Of a stretch of DNA of 64,000 bases, positions 40,599 to 48,836 are shown in pieces; position 1 is the stretch's first letter, and every line of letters begins with the position of its first letter. The stretch comes from Flavobacteriales bacterium UBA6770 (GTDB lineage: Bacteria; Bacteroidota; Bacteroidia; Flavobacteriales_G; Salibacteraceae): contig CAJIZH010000003.1 in assembly GCA_905181875.1 (NCBI GenBank), positions 1,098,419 through 1,162,418 of the forward strand. The letters are read 5' to 3'. Both the position numbers and the translations under genes were made by a program. Under the pieces are notes generated by a model, which worked only from the letters and a program-made list of their open reading frames with translations, did not search any database and had not been told where the DNA came from.

Positions 40599-41060
40599 AT
40601 GAAATTGGATACAGTAAGCTATAAAACAACATACGTTAACAAGGAGACAGCAGGTAAAAACTGGTTGTTAGTTGACGCAGAAGGACAGACATTAGGAAGA
40701 TTTTCCTCAAGAGTTGCACAACTTTTAAGAGGAAAACATAAACCATCATTCTCACCGCATGCAGACTGTGGCGATAACGTAATAGTTATCAATGCAGAGA
40801 AAATTGTATTGAGTGGGAATAAAATGGACACAAAAGAGTATTTGCGCCACACTGGTTATCCAGGTGGACAAAGAAGTACTCCGGTAAAGGTGATGTTAGA
40901 AAAGCACCCACACCGTGTATTAGAAAAGTCTATTAAAGGAATGTTACCTAAAAATAAATTAGGAAGCGCTCTTTTTAGAAACTTGAAAGTATATGCTGGT
41001 ACAGAGCACAATCAAGAAGCTCAAAAGCCTGCAACATTTGATATCAACAGCATTAAGTAA
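40599..41060 (+). CDS. rplM: 50S ribosomal protein L13
   Basis: WLLVDAEGQTLGR...LRGKHKP...GD.VIVINAEK motifs. Confidence 0.95.
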   Translation: MKLDTVSYKTTYVNKETAGKNWLLVDAEGQTLGRFSSRVAQLLRGKHKPSFSPHADCGDNVIVINAEKIVLSGNKMDTKEYLRHTGYPGGQRSTPVKVMLEKHPHRVLEKSIKGMLPKNKLGSALFRNLKVYAGTEHNQEAQKPATFDINSIK

Positions 41061-41065
41061 TTTAT

Positions 41066-41452
41066 ATGGCCGTTATTAATACGTTAGGCAGAAGAAAAAA
41101 ATCGGTAGCGAGAGTTTACCTGTCTGAAGGAAAAGGAAAAATTACCATTAACAAGCGTGATGTGAAAGATTATTTTTCATCAGATATGTTAGTTCAAGTA
41201 ATCAACAGACCATTTGTTGCTACAGAGAACACTGGTAAATACGATGTTAAAGTAAACGCCCATGGTGGTGGTATTTCTGGTCAAGCTGACGCAATTGCGT
41301 TAGGTATATCTAGAGCTTTGGTTGAAATTAATGAGGAATATAAGTCGGTACTTCGTGGAGAAGGACTCATGACTCGTGACCCTAGAATGGTTGAACGTAA
41401 GAAGCCAGGACAGAAAAAAGCTCGGAAGAAATTTCAATTTAGCAAGCGTTAA
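41066..41452 (+). CDS. rpsI: 30S ribosomal protein S9
   Basis: GRRK.SVARV... and the C-terminal RDPRMVERKKPGQKKARKKFQFSKR. Confidence 0.95.
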   Translation: MAVINTLGRRKKSVARVYLSEGKGKITINKRDVKDYFSSDMLVQVINRPFVATENTGKYDVKVNAHGGGISGQADAIALGISRALVEINEEYKSVLRGEGLMTRDPRMVERKKPGQKKARKKFQFSKR

Positions 41453-41573
41453 TATTTTTTTAAAGCTTAGCATCCAATCCTGGCTATTCAGGATGCTCCT
41501 AATTAGTGGAGTCGACGGAAAGTGAGCGATAACCTGGCCTAGCAGATTCTAGGTGTTTCAAAATTCAGTCGAA

Positions 41574-42395
41574 ATGGCGAGAACTAATTATCAAGACCTC
41601 CTTGAGGCAGGTGTGCATTTTGGTCACCTAAAAAGAAAGTGGAATCCAAATATGGCTCCTTACATTTTTATGGAGCGCAATGGAATTCACGTAATAGATT
41701 TACATAAAACCGTTGCAAAATTAGATGAGGCCTGTAATGCCTTAAAACAAATAGCTGCTTCTGGAAAGAAAGTGATGTTTGTTGCTACTAAAAAGCAAGC
41801 TAGAGAAGCAATCTCAAGTGCAGCTGAAGCAATGGATATGCCGTTTGTTACTGAAAGATGGACAGGCGGTATGTTAACCAACTTCGTTACAATTCGAAAG
41901 GCAATTCGTAAGATGAGCCAAATCGAAAAAATATTGAGCGATCCAGAAGCTACTGGAGTAAACAAAAAAGAAAGACTTTTACTGAAACGTCAAAAAGAGA
42001 AATTAGAGAAGAATTTAGGCTCTATTTCCGAGTTGAATCGTCTACCAGCGGCTCTTTTTATTGTTGATGTTAAAAAAGAGCATATTGCTGTAAAGGAAGC
42101 AAAACGTTTGAATATTCCAACTTTTGCAATTGTTGATACGAATTCCGATCCTAAGTTGATTGATTTTCCTATACCTGCAAATGATGATGCTGCAAAATCT
42201 ATAACTAAAATTATGGATATAGTTGTTGAAGCTGTCAACGAAGGTCTATCAGAAAGAAAAGCTTCTAAAGAAGTTAAGAAAACTGTTGAAAAGCCAAAAG
42301 TTGAGACTGAAGTAAAAGCAGAATCAAAAACAGAGGCGAAAGCTGAAGTGAAGACTGAAGCAGTTGCAGTGGAAAAAAAAGAAGAAGCAAAATAA
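41574..42395 (+). CDS. rpsB: 30S ribosomal protein S2 (with K/E/A-rich C-terminal tail)
   Basis: LLEAGVHFGH and RWTGGMLTN motifs. I chose the ATG at 41574 (MARTNYQDLL) over the GTG at 41553. Confidence 0.95.
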   Translation: MARTNYQDLLEAGVHFGHLKRKWNPNMAPYIFMERNGIHVIDLHKTVAKLDEACNALKQIAASGKKVMFVATKKQAREAISSAAEAMDMPFVTERWTGGMLTNFVTIRKAIRKMSQIEKILSDPEATGVNKKERLLLKRQKEKLEKNLGSISELNRLPAALFIVDVKKEHIAVKEAKRLNIPTFAIVDTNSDPKLIDFPIPANDDAAKSITKIMDIVVEAVNEGLSERKASKEVKKTVEKPKVETEVKAESKTEAKAEVKTEAVAVEKKEEAK

Positions 42396-42416
42396 AAACC
42401 TTAACGAATTTCTAAG

Positions 42417-43235
42417 ATGGCTATTACAGCAGCAGACGTTAATAAATTGAGAAAACAAACCGGATTAGGTTTGATGGATTGCAAGAAAGCACTAGTCGAA
42501 GCTGACGGTGACTTTGAAAAAGCAATTGATTTACTTAGAAAGAAGGGTCAGAAAATTGCCGCTAAGCGTGGAGATAATGATGCTTCTGAAGGGTATGTCA
42601 TTGCAAAGACTACTGAAGACGGAAAAACAGGAATCAATTTAGTATTGAATTGTGAAACTGACTTCGTCGCTAAGAACCAACAGTTTGTTGATTTCGTTGA
42701 AGGGTTAGCTGATTTAGCATTGTCTAAATTACCAGCTACTAAAGAGGAATTATACAATGCTGACTGGAACGGTAGAACTGTTTCTGATGTAATTGAAGAG
42801 CAGATGGGTAAAATTGGTGAGAAGCTTGAAGTTTCTGATTATGGTTTGTTGTCTGCTGAAAAAGTAGTAGCATACAATCACCCAGGTAACAGAACTGCTG
42901 CTATCGTTGCTTTAACTAAAGATAATGCAGAAGTTGGACGAGATTTAGCAATGCAAGTTGCAGCTATGAGTCCTATTGCTCTTGACGAATCTGAAGTATC
43001 AGAAGAAGTTAAAGCTAAGGAAATTGAAATCGGTACTGAATTGGCTCTTGCTGAAGGTAAACCTGCTGAAATGGCTGGAAAAATTGCTCAAGGCAAATTG
43101 GGTAAGTTCTTAAAAGAACGGACATTGATGAATCAGGAGTTTATAAAAACTTCTAAGAAATCAGTTAAGCAATATCTCAACGAGGTCGACAACGATCTTC
43201 ACGTAACAGGGTTTAAGTTAATAACCCTTTCATAA
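42417..43235 (+). CDS. tsf: translation elongation factor Ts
   Basis: N-terminal UBA-like [16 protein letters not shown] motif and an EF-Ts core. Confidence 0.95.
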   Translation: MAITAADVNKLRKQTGLGLMDCKKALVEADGDFEKAIDLLRKKGQKIAAKRGDNDASEGYVIAKTTEDGKTGINLVLNCETDFVAKNQQFVDFVEGLADLALSKLPATKEELYNADWNGRTVSDVIEEQMGKIGEKLEVSDYGLLSAEKVVAYNHPGNRTAAIVALTKDNAEVGRDLAMQVAAMSPIALDESEVSEEVKAKEIEIGTELALAEGKPAEMAGKIAQGKLGKFLKERTLMNQEFIKTSKKSVKQYLNEVDNDLHVTGFKLITLS

Positions 43236-43250
43236 AACAACAAATAAGAA

Positions 43251-43280
43251 AAGAGAATTTTAAAAATTCTCTTTTTTTTT
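43251..43280 (+). terminator. intrinsic terminator after tsf
   Basis: 9-bp stem AAGAGAATT/AATTCTCTT, 5-nt loop, then a run of T to 43280. Confidence 0.75.
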
Positions 43281-43309
43281 GTCCTAATTTTCGCTTTCAA
43301 ATACAACAA

Positions 43310-44017
43310 ATGAAGTACAAAAGAATTTTATTAAAGTTGAGCGGAGAGGCCCTTATGGGAGCAAAAGATTTTGGTATTGATCACAGTCGATTATATAAGT
43401 ATGCTCAAGACATTAAGGAAATTCAAGAAGTAGGAATAGAAGTCGCTATCGTAATTGGCGGCGGTAATATTTTTAGAGGTGTTCAGGACGTTAATGGCGC
43501 AATTGATAGGGTGCAAGGCGACTACATGGGAATGCTAGCGACTGTAATCAATTCTATGGCATTACAAAGTGCGCTGGAAGGAGCAGGTGTTAAAACTAGA
43601 TTGTTGTCTGCTATCAAAATGGAACAAATAGCGGAGCCCTTCATTAAGAGAAGAGCTGTTCGTCACTTGGAAAAAGGACGAGTGGTAATTTTTGGAGCAG
43701 GAACTGGCAATCCATATTTTACAACAGATACTGCAGCTGCTCTGAGAGCAGTAGAAATTAATGCTGAAGTGATTTTAAAGGGAACTCGAGTAGATGGAAT
43801 TTATACTGCAGATCCTGAGAAAGACCCCAACGCCGAGAAGTTTGATTCCGTTACTTTTAAAGAGGTAATGGCAAAAGGGTTAGACGTTATGGACATGACA
43901 GCATTTACGCTCTGCCATGAAAACGATTTACCGATTATTGTATTTGACATGAATGAGCCAGGTAACTTGCGTAAAGTAGTTGTAGGTGAGGAAATAGGTA
44001 CTATTGTAGAAGGTTAA
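43310..44017 (+). CDS. pyrH: UMP kinase
   Basis: [10 protein letters not shown] and [10 protein letters not shown] motifs. Confidence 0.95.
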   Translation: MKYKRILLKLSGEALMGAKDFGIDHSRLYKYAQDIKEIQEVGIEVAIVIGGGNIFRGVQDVNGAIDRVQGDYMGMLATVINSMALQSALEGAGVKTRLLSAIKMEQIAEPFIKRRAVRHLEKGRVVIFGAGTGNPYFTTDTAAALRAVEINAEVILKGTRVDGIYTADPEKDPNAEKFDSVTFKEVMAKGLDVMDMTAFTLCHENDLPIIVFDMNEPGNLRKVVVGEEIGTIVEG

Positions 44018-44026
44018 GAGAAGAAG

Positions 44027-44590
44027 ATGGAAGAAGAATTAGAAATGGTTTTTGATATGGCTAAGGAGTCAATGGATGAGTCCATATCTCACTTAGTAAA
44101 AGAATTGAGTAAGATTCGTGCTGGTAAGGCAACTCCTAGGATGATGGATGGAATCATGGTAGACTATTATGGTACTATGACTCCATTGAATCAGGTTTCT
44201 AATGTGAATACACCGGATGCAAGGATGATTTCGATTCAACCATGGGAAAAGCCAATGCTTCAGCATATAGAAAGAGCAATTATCAATTCTAATATGGGAT
44301 TGACACCTCACAATAATGGAGAGGTAATTATTATAAATCTTCCTGCGTTAACAGAAGAACGTAGAATGAGTTTGGTAAAACAAACTAAAGGAGAAGGTGA
44401 GCACGCTAAGATTTCAATCCGTAATGCTCGAAAGGATGCTAACGATGAAATAAAGAAACTGAAAGGTGATGGTCTTCCTGAGGATATCGCGAAGGATGGT
44501 GAAGATCAGATTCAAAAACTGACTGACGTGTACTCCAAGAAAGTGGAGGATGTGCTCAATGAAAAAGAAAAAGAGATACTTACAGTGTAA
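44027..44590 (+). CDS. frr: ribosome recycling factor
   Basis: Typical Frr pattern (IRAGKA.P..L..I.V.YYG..TPL...A......ARMI.I.PW) in a 187-aa protein. Confidence 0.95.
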   Translation: MEEELEMVFDMAKESMDESISHLVKELSKIRAGKATPRMMDGIMVDYYGTMTPLNQVSNVNTPDARMISIQPWEKPMLQHIERAIINSNMGLTPHNNGEVIIINLPALTEERRMSLVKQTKGEGEHAKISIRNARKDANDEIKKLKGDGLPEDIAKDGEDQIQKLTDVYSKKVEDVLNEKEKEILTV

Positions 44591-44597
44591 TAATATA

Positions 44598-44622
44598 GAA
44601 AGGGCCTAAAGGCCTCTTTTTT
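44598..44622 (+). terminator. probable intrinsic terminator after frr
   Basis: Short GGCC/GGCC-based stem (AGGGCCTAAAGGCCT) followed by CTTTTTT. Confidence 0.5.
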
Positions 44623-44680
44623 CAATATTGAGGCGCTTTACTGGGCTTAGAATATTCAAAACCTACTTAATAGTTGATAA

Positions 44681-44688
44681 TAAATTTG
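44681..44688 (+). promoter_or_regulatory. orphan -7-like box (TAAATTTG) with no downstream ORF
   Basis: Matches TAnnTTTG in the 228-bp spacer between the convergent frr and aspS genes. A hairpin follows at 44699-44715. Confidence 0.3.
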
Positions 44689-44827
44689 AACTGTTTGAGC
44701 GTCATAGTCTGACGTTAGTGCATTATTTAAACTATCTATATTTTGGCATTTACCTAAAAAACAAATAGAAAGCAAAACAAATAATTCACCTACAATTCTA
44801 ATGAAGACTAAGTTAAAAAGTTTGATT

Positions 44828-44850
44828 AAAAAAACGCCTTTGTAAGGTGC
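44828..44850 (-). terminator. weak candidate terminator after aspS
   Basis: The minus strand reads GCACCTTACAAAGGCG followed by TTTTTTT directly after the aspS stop. The stem is only 4-5 bp with a mismatch. Confidence 0.3.
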
Positions 44851-46600
44851 TTAACCTTTTAACGTCGATATTTTTAGTTCATCTAACTGTTCAGCTGCTA
44901 ATAAAGAGGGAGCATCGATCATAACATCTCTACCAGAGTTGTTTTTTGGGAAAGCGATATAATCTCTTATCGAATCAGTTCCGCCCATAAGAGCACATAG
45001 TCTGTCAAAACCAAAAGCAACCCCACCATGAGGAGGTGCACCATATTCAAAAGCGTTCATTAAGAACCCAAATTGATCATTGGCTTCTTCAGGAGTAAAA
45101 CCTAAGAGGTCAAACATTTTTTGTTGTAGACTTTTATCGTGTATTCTAATAGAACCGCCACCTACTTCTACACCATTGATAACCAGATCATAGGCGTTTG
45201 CCCGTATTGCCCCAGGGTCCGTTTCCATTAGAGGTTCATCTTCTGGATTTGGAGAAGTAAAAGGGTGGTGCATTGCATGCCAATGTCCTGTTTCTTCAAT
45301 TTTTTCAACTAATGGAAAATTGATTACCCATAACGGCTTGAATATCATTAGGATTTCTCAATTCCAATCGATTGCCCATTTCCAGTCTCAATTCACCCAA
45401 TTGTTTTAGTGTAGCATCTTTATTTCCGCTTAATACCAATAATAAATCTCCAGGCTTGGCATTCATAGATTCTGCCCATATTTTTAGTGCGTCTTGATCG
45501 AAGAATTTATCTACTGAAGACTTCAAAGTTCCGTCTTCATTGAACTTTACGTAAACTAATCCTTTAGCTCCAATTTGGGGTCGCTTCACCCATTCGGTGA
45601 GTGCATCTAATTGTTTCCTAGTGTAATTAGCAGATCCAGTAGCACAAATCCCACCAATAAATTCGGCAGAATCAAATACTTGAAATCCTTTATTTTGCGC
45701 TACGTCATTTAGATTTTTGATGGTCATTTCGAACCGGACATCTGGTTTATCAATTCCGTAATTCTCTATGGCATCATCATAGTCCATTCTTGGAAAAATG
45801 GGTAATTCTACATTTCTGATTTTTGAGAATAAATGCTTAGTCAATCCTTCAAAAGTATTGAGTACATCCTCCCTATCGACAAAACTCATTTCGCAATCGA
45901 TTTGAGTAAATTCAGGCTGTCTGTCTGCTCTGAGGTCTTCATCTCTAAAACATTTTACGATCTGAAAATATTTATCAAAACCACTTATCATAAGCAGCTG
46001 CTTAAAGGTCTGGGGTGATTGAGGAAGTGCATAAAATTCGTTTTCGTTCATACGAGAAGGCACAACAAAATCCCGAGCTCCTTCTGGAGTAGATTTAATT
46101 AAATAAGGAGTTTCAATTTCGTAAAACCCAATATCATTCAAATAACTTCTAGTTTGAATTCCTACTTGATGACGCAATCTGATTTTATCTTGAAGTGGGT
46201 TTCTCCTCAAATCTAAATAACGATACTTCATGCGAATATCTTCACCACCGTCAGTTTCATTTTCAATGGTGAAGGGGGGTGTTTTAGCAGCGTTTAGAAT
46301 CGTTATTGCAGAAACATTAATTTCAATTTCGCCGGTAGGCATTTTCTTGTTTTTACTTTCGCGCTCAACCACTTCGCCTTCAATTTGAACAACAAATTCA
46401 CGCCCAAGCCCACGTGCTTTTGCACACAACTCCTTATTTACTTCCATATTGAAAGCCAACTGAGTTAAGCCATATCGGTCACGTAAATCAATAAATGTCA
46501 TTCCACCCAAATCGCGTGATTTTTGAACCCATCCAGCAAGTTTTGTTTGGTTACCCTTATCTTCTATTCGTAGCTGTCCGCAAGTGTGTGATCTGTACAT
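44851..46600 (-). pseudogene. aspS: aspartate--tRNA ligase, interrupted by a single-base frameshift near 45342-45346
   Basis: ORF 45305..46600 is the N-terminal OB fold plus catalytic core, including motif 1 and [21 protein letters not shown] 44851..45348 is the C-terminal part ([11 protein letters not shown]...HHPFTSP...GGGSIRIH...PPHGG.A.G.DR). Together they make about 584 aa, a normal AspRS length. Confidence 0.9.
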
Positions 46601-46623
46601 TTTTCAAGCAAATTAATGAGCTG

Positions 46624-46631
46624 CAAAATTA
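46624..46631 (-). promoter_or_regulatory. candidate -7 box (TAATTTTG on minus strand) for aspS
   Basis: The plus-strand CAAAATTA is the reverse complement of TAATTTTG, 23 nt upstream of the aspS ATG at 46600. Confidence 0.4.
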
Positions 46632-46663
46632 GGGTTTCTTTAGTGAATTTGCTGCTTCAAGTC

Positions 46664-46671
46664 TATATTTG
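46664..46671 (+). promoter_or_regulatory. candidate -7 box (TATATTTG) for tadA
   Basis: Matches TAnnTTTG, 8 nt upstream of the ATG at 46680 (near-leaderless). Confidence 0.4.
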
Positions 46672-46679
46672 CCGCCAAT

Positions 46680-47129
46680 ATGGAGGATATTAATAAACAA
46701 CATGAACGCTTCATGGAAATGGCGCTTATGGAAGCTGAAAAAGCAGCTCATTTGGGAGAGGTTCCAGTTGGAGTAATTGTAGTGGCAAATGGTAGAATAA
46801 TAGCTAGGGCGCACAATTTAACACAACGGTTGAACGATGTAACAGCTCATGCTGAGATGCAAGCCATTACCGCTGCTGCGGATTACCTAGGCGGCAAGTA
46901 TTTGACTGGGTGCACGATGTATGTGACTTTAGAGCCCTGCGTTATGTGTGCAGGCGCACTGGCTTGGTCGCAAATAGATAAAATTGTTTTTGGAGCTTCT
47001 GATACAAAAAGAGGATTTTCCATGCTTGAAAAGGAGGTTTTACATAAAAAAACGAAGGTGGTATCAGGAGTCAAGGCTGCGGAGGCAGCTATGCTTCTTA
47101 AGGAGTTTTTTAAACTAAAAAGGAAATAG
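46680..47129 (+). CDS. tadA: tRNA adenosine(34) deaminase
   Basis: HAEMQAI and PCVMCAGA zinc-binding deaminase motifs in a 149-aa protein. Confidence 0.9.
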   Translation: MEDINKQHERFMEMALMEAEKAAHLGEVPVGVIVVANGRIIARAHNLTQRLNDVTAHAEMQAITAAADYLGGKYLTGCTMYVTLEPCVMCAGALAWSQIDKIVFGASDTKRGFSMLEKEVLHKKTKVVSGVKAAEAAMLLKEFFKLKRK

Positions 47130-47171
47130 AAAAAGGAAGGTCCAGGTCAGTTGGGACATTGTGCTCAATAG

Positions 47172-47996
47172 TTAGAAAGACGAAGAAATACTTTTATAGT
47201 TGCCTATCATCCAAGTTTTTTGTGAATGCCCCTTTTTTTTGTGAATGGCTTCTTCTAAGCTTTCTAGATCAGAATTTAGTAGTTCAAATACTAAATTATG
47301 GTAGGTTGCACTGATAGAAATTTCAAAACAAGTGGTTAAATAAAGGATTCCACCATTTTTTTTAGAGAAGCTAATTATATGATTTTTGTTGACCATAAAA
47401 GAACGGCTAACGCGAATAAAGAGATCTTGATTGAATTCTTCAGAAACGGTTTTTAGGTTTTTGGAGATGTGGTATTTTTCCTTTTCAGTAATGACTTTAG
47501 TATAGCTCCCATCAGCTTGTAAATAAAGAACTATTTTAGGATCAACTAGCACAAAACGTCCGTTATGAGGCAAGGGTAGTTCAAATACTAACATCAACTA
47601 ACGAATTTGAATTTTTTTTGGCTTTTTTTCAAGTCTTATTTTTTGGATAACGTCAGATACAATATGCTTAAACTTTTCTTTATCCACGAGCTTCAATAAA
47701 TAACCTCTAGCACATCCATTAAAAGCATCTAAGGCAAAGTTGTCATAAGCAGTAACGAAAATTACAGAGCACTCTTTACAATGCACCTTAGAAATTACTT
47801 CTAGGCCATTAGTATTGGGCATTTTAATGTCTAAAAAGAGTAGTTCTGGTTTTAAAATAGAAATTTCTAAGAGCACCATTTCAGCTGTTTGAGCATTTTC
47901 CACTAATTCAATGTCTGTTTCAAAATATTTTCGAAGTAGAGTTTTTATTACAATATGTGCATGTTGTTCATTGACTAAAATAAAAGCTTTTATCAA
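47172..47996 (-). pseudogene. degenerate LytTR-family response regulator split by an in-frame TAG (REC part 47598..47996, LytTR part 47172..47597)
   Basis: The minus strand reads ...ATT CAA ATT CGT TAG TTG ATG TTA GTA..., so both halves are in one frame. The REC half has NE in place of the acidic DD pair. The LytTR half has RVSRSFMVN where the neighbouring paralogue has RVHRSHIVN. Confidence 0.7.
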
Positions 47997-48017
47997 CCTT
48001 TTTGAATTTGGAATACT

Positions 48018-48776
48018 CTAAATAAAGTTTAATCTTGAATTTAGAGTTTCTACAATTTGAGCTCGATTAGAAGAACCAATTTCAACGCGCTCATCAGTTT
48101 CCATAACCAAATAGCCACCATCATTTTTATGAAACTCAGTTACTTTATCAAGATTTACAATATGCGAACGATGTACACGCAAAAAATTGTCTTGTTTTAA
48201 CGCATTCTCTATGCTCTTTAAGTTCTTTGAAATCATTATTTGTCCTTCATTTTCGGTGTAAATAACCGAATAACTTCCTTCAGCTCTTACATGTACAATA
48301 TGCTTGGGGTCTATAAATTTATGCCCGTAAAGAGTAGGTACTGCTAGTTTTGCCTTTTCTTCAATTTTTAGTCTATTCAGAACGTCTTTAACTGATGTTG
48401 GTTCTTTAATTTTCTTTTTAACTTTTTCTACAGCAGCTACTAAGTCATCAATATCAATTGGTTTCAGGATGTAATCAATTGCTTGATTTTTTATTGCTTG
48501 GATTGCATAATGATCATAGGCTGTTACAAAAACAACATGGAATTTTTTATCTCCCAACCTTTCCAGCAAATCAAAACCCGTTCCATTAGGCATTTCTATA
48601 TCTAAGAAAACCAACTGTGGATTATTCTCTTCAATAGCCTTTATACCATTTTCCATGTTGTGCGCTATTGCAAGCACATCAACATTTGGACAATACGACT
48701 CTAGAAATTTGGACATCACTTTGGTGGCGTTTTCTTCATCGTCAACCAATACACATGTAATTTGAGAACTGCTCAT
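48018..48776 (-). CDS. LytTR-family response regulator
   Basis: REC motifs VLVDDEE, FLDIEMP, VVFVTAY and YILKP. C-terminal LytTR domain (FLRVHRSHIVNL). Confidence 0.9.
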   Translation of the reverse strand: MSSSQITCVLVDDEENATKVMSKFLESYCPNVDVLAIAHNMENGIKAIEENNPQLVFLDIEMPNGTGFDLLERLGDKKFHVVFVTAYDHYAIQAIKNQAIDYILKPIDIDDLVAAVEKVKKKIKEPTSVKDVLNRLKIEEKAKLAVPTLYGHKFIDPKHIVHVRAEGSYSVIYTENEGQIMISKNLKSIENALKQDNFLRVHRSHIVNLDKVTEFHKNDGGYLVMETDERVEIGSSNRAQIVETLNSRLNFI

Positions 48777-48836
48777 AACCCTGAATTTATGCTTTTCTCA
48801 AATGTAGATAATAAACTATGCCCCGCCAGCGCTACA

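Noticed and set aside
42240-42395. Repetitive K/E/A/V-rich tail of ribosomal protein S2
   Set aside because: It is a low-complexity, in-frame C-terminal extension, common in Bacteroidota S2 proteins. It is not a DNA-level tandem repeat of note.
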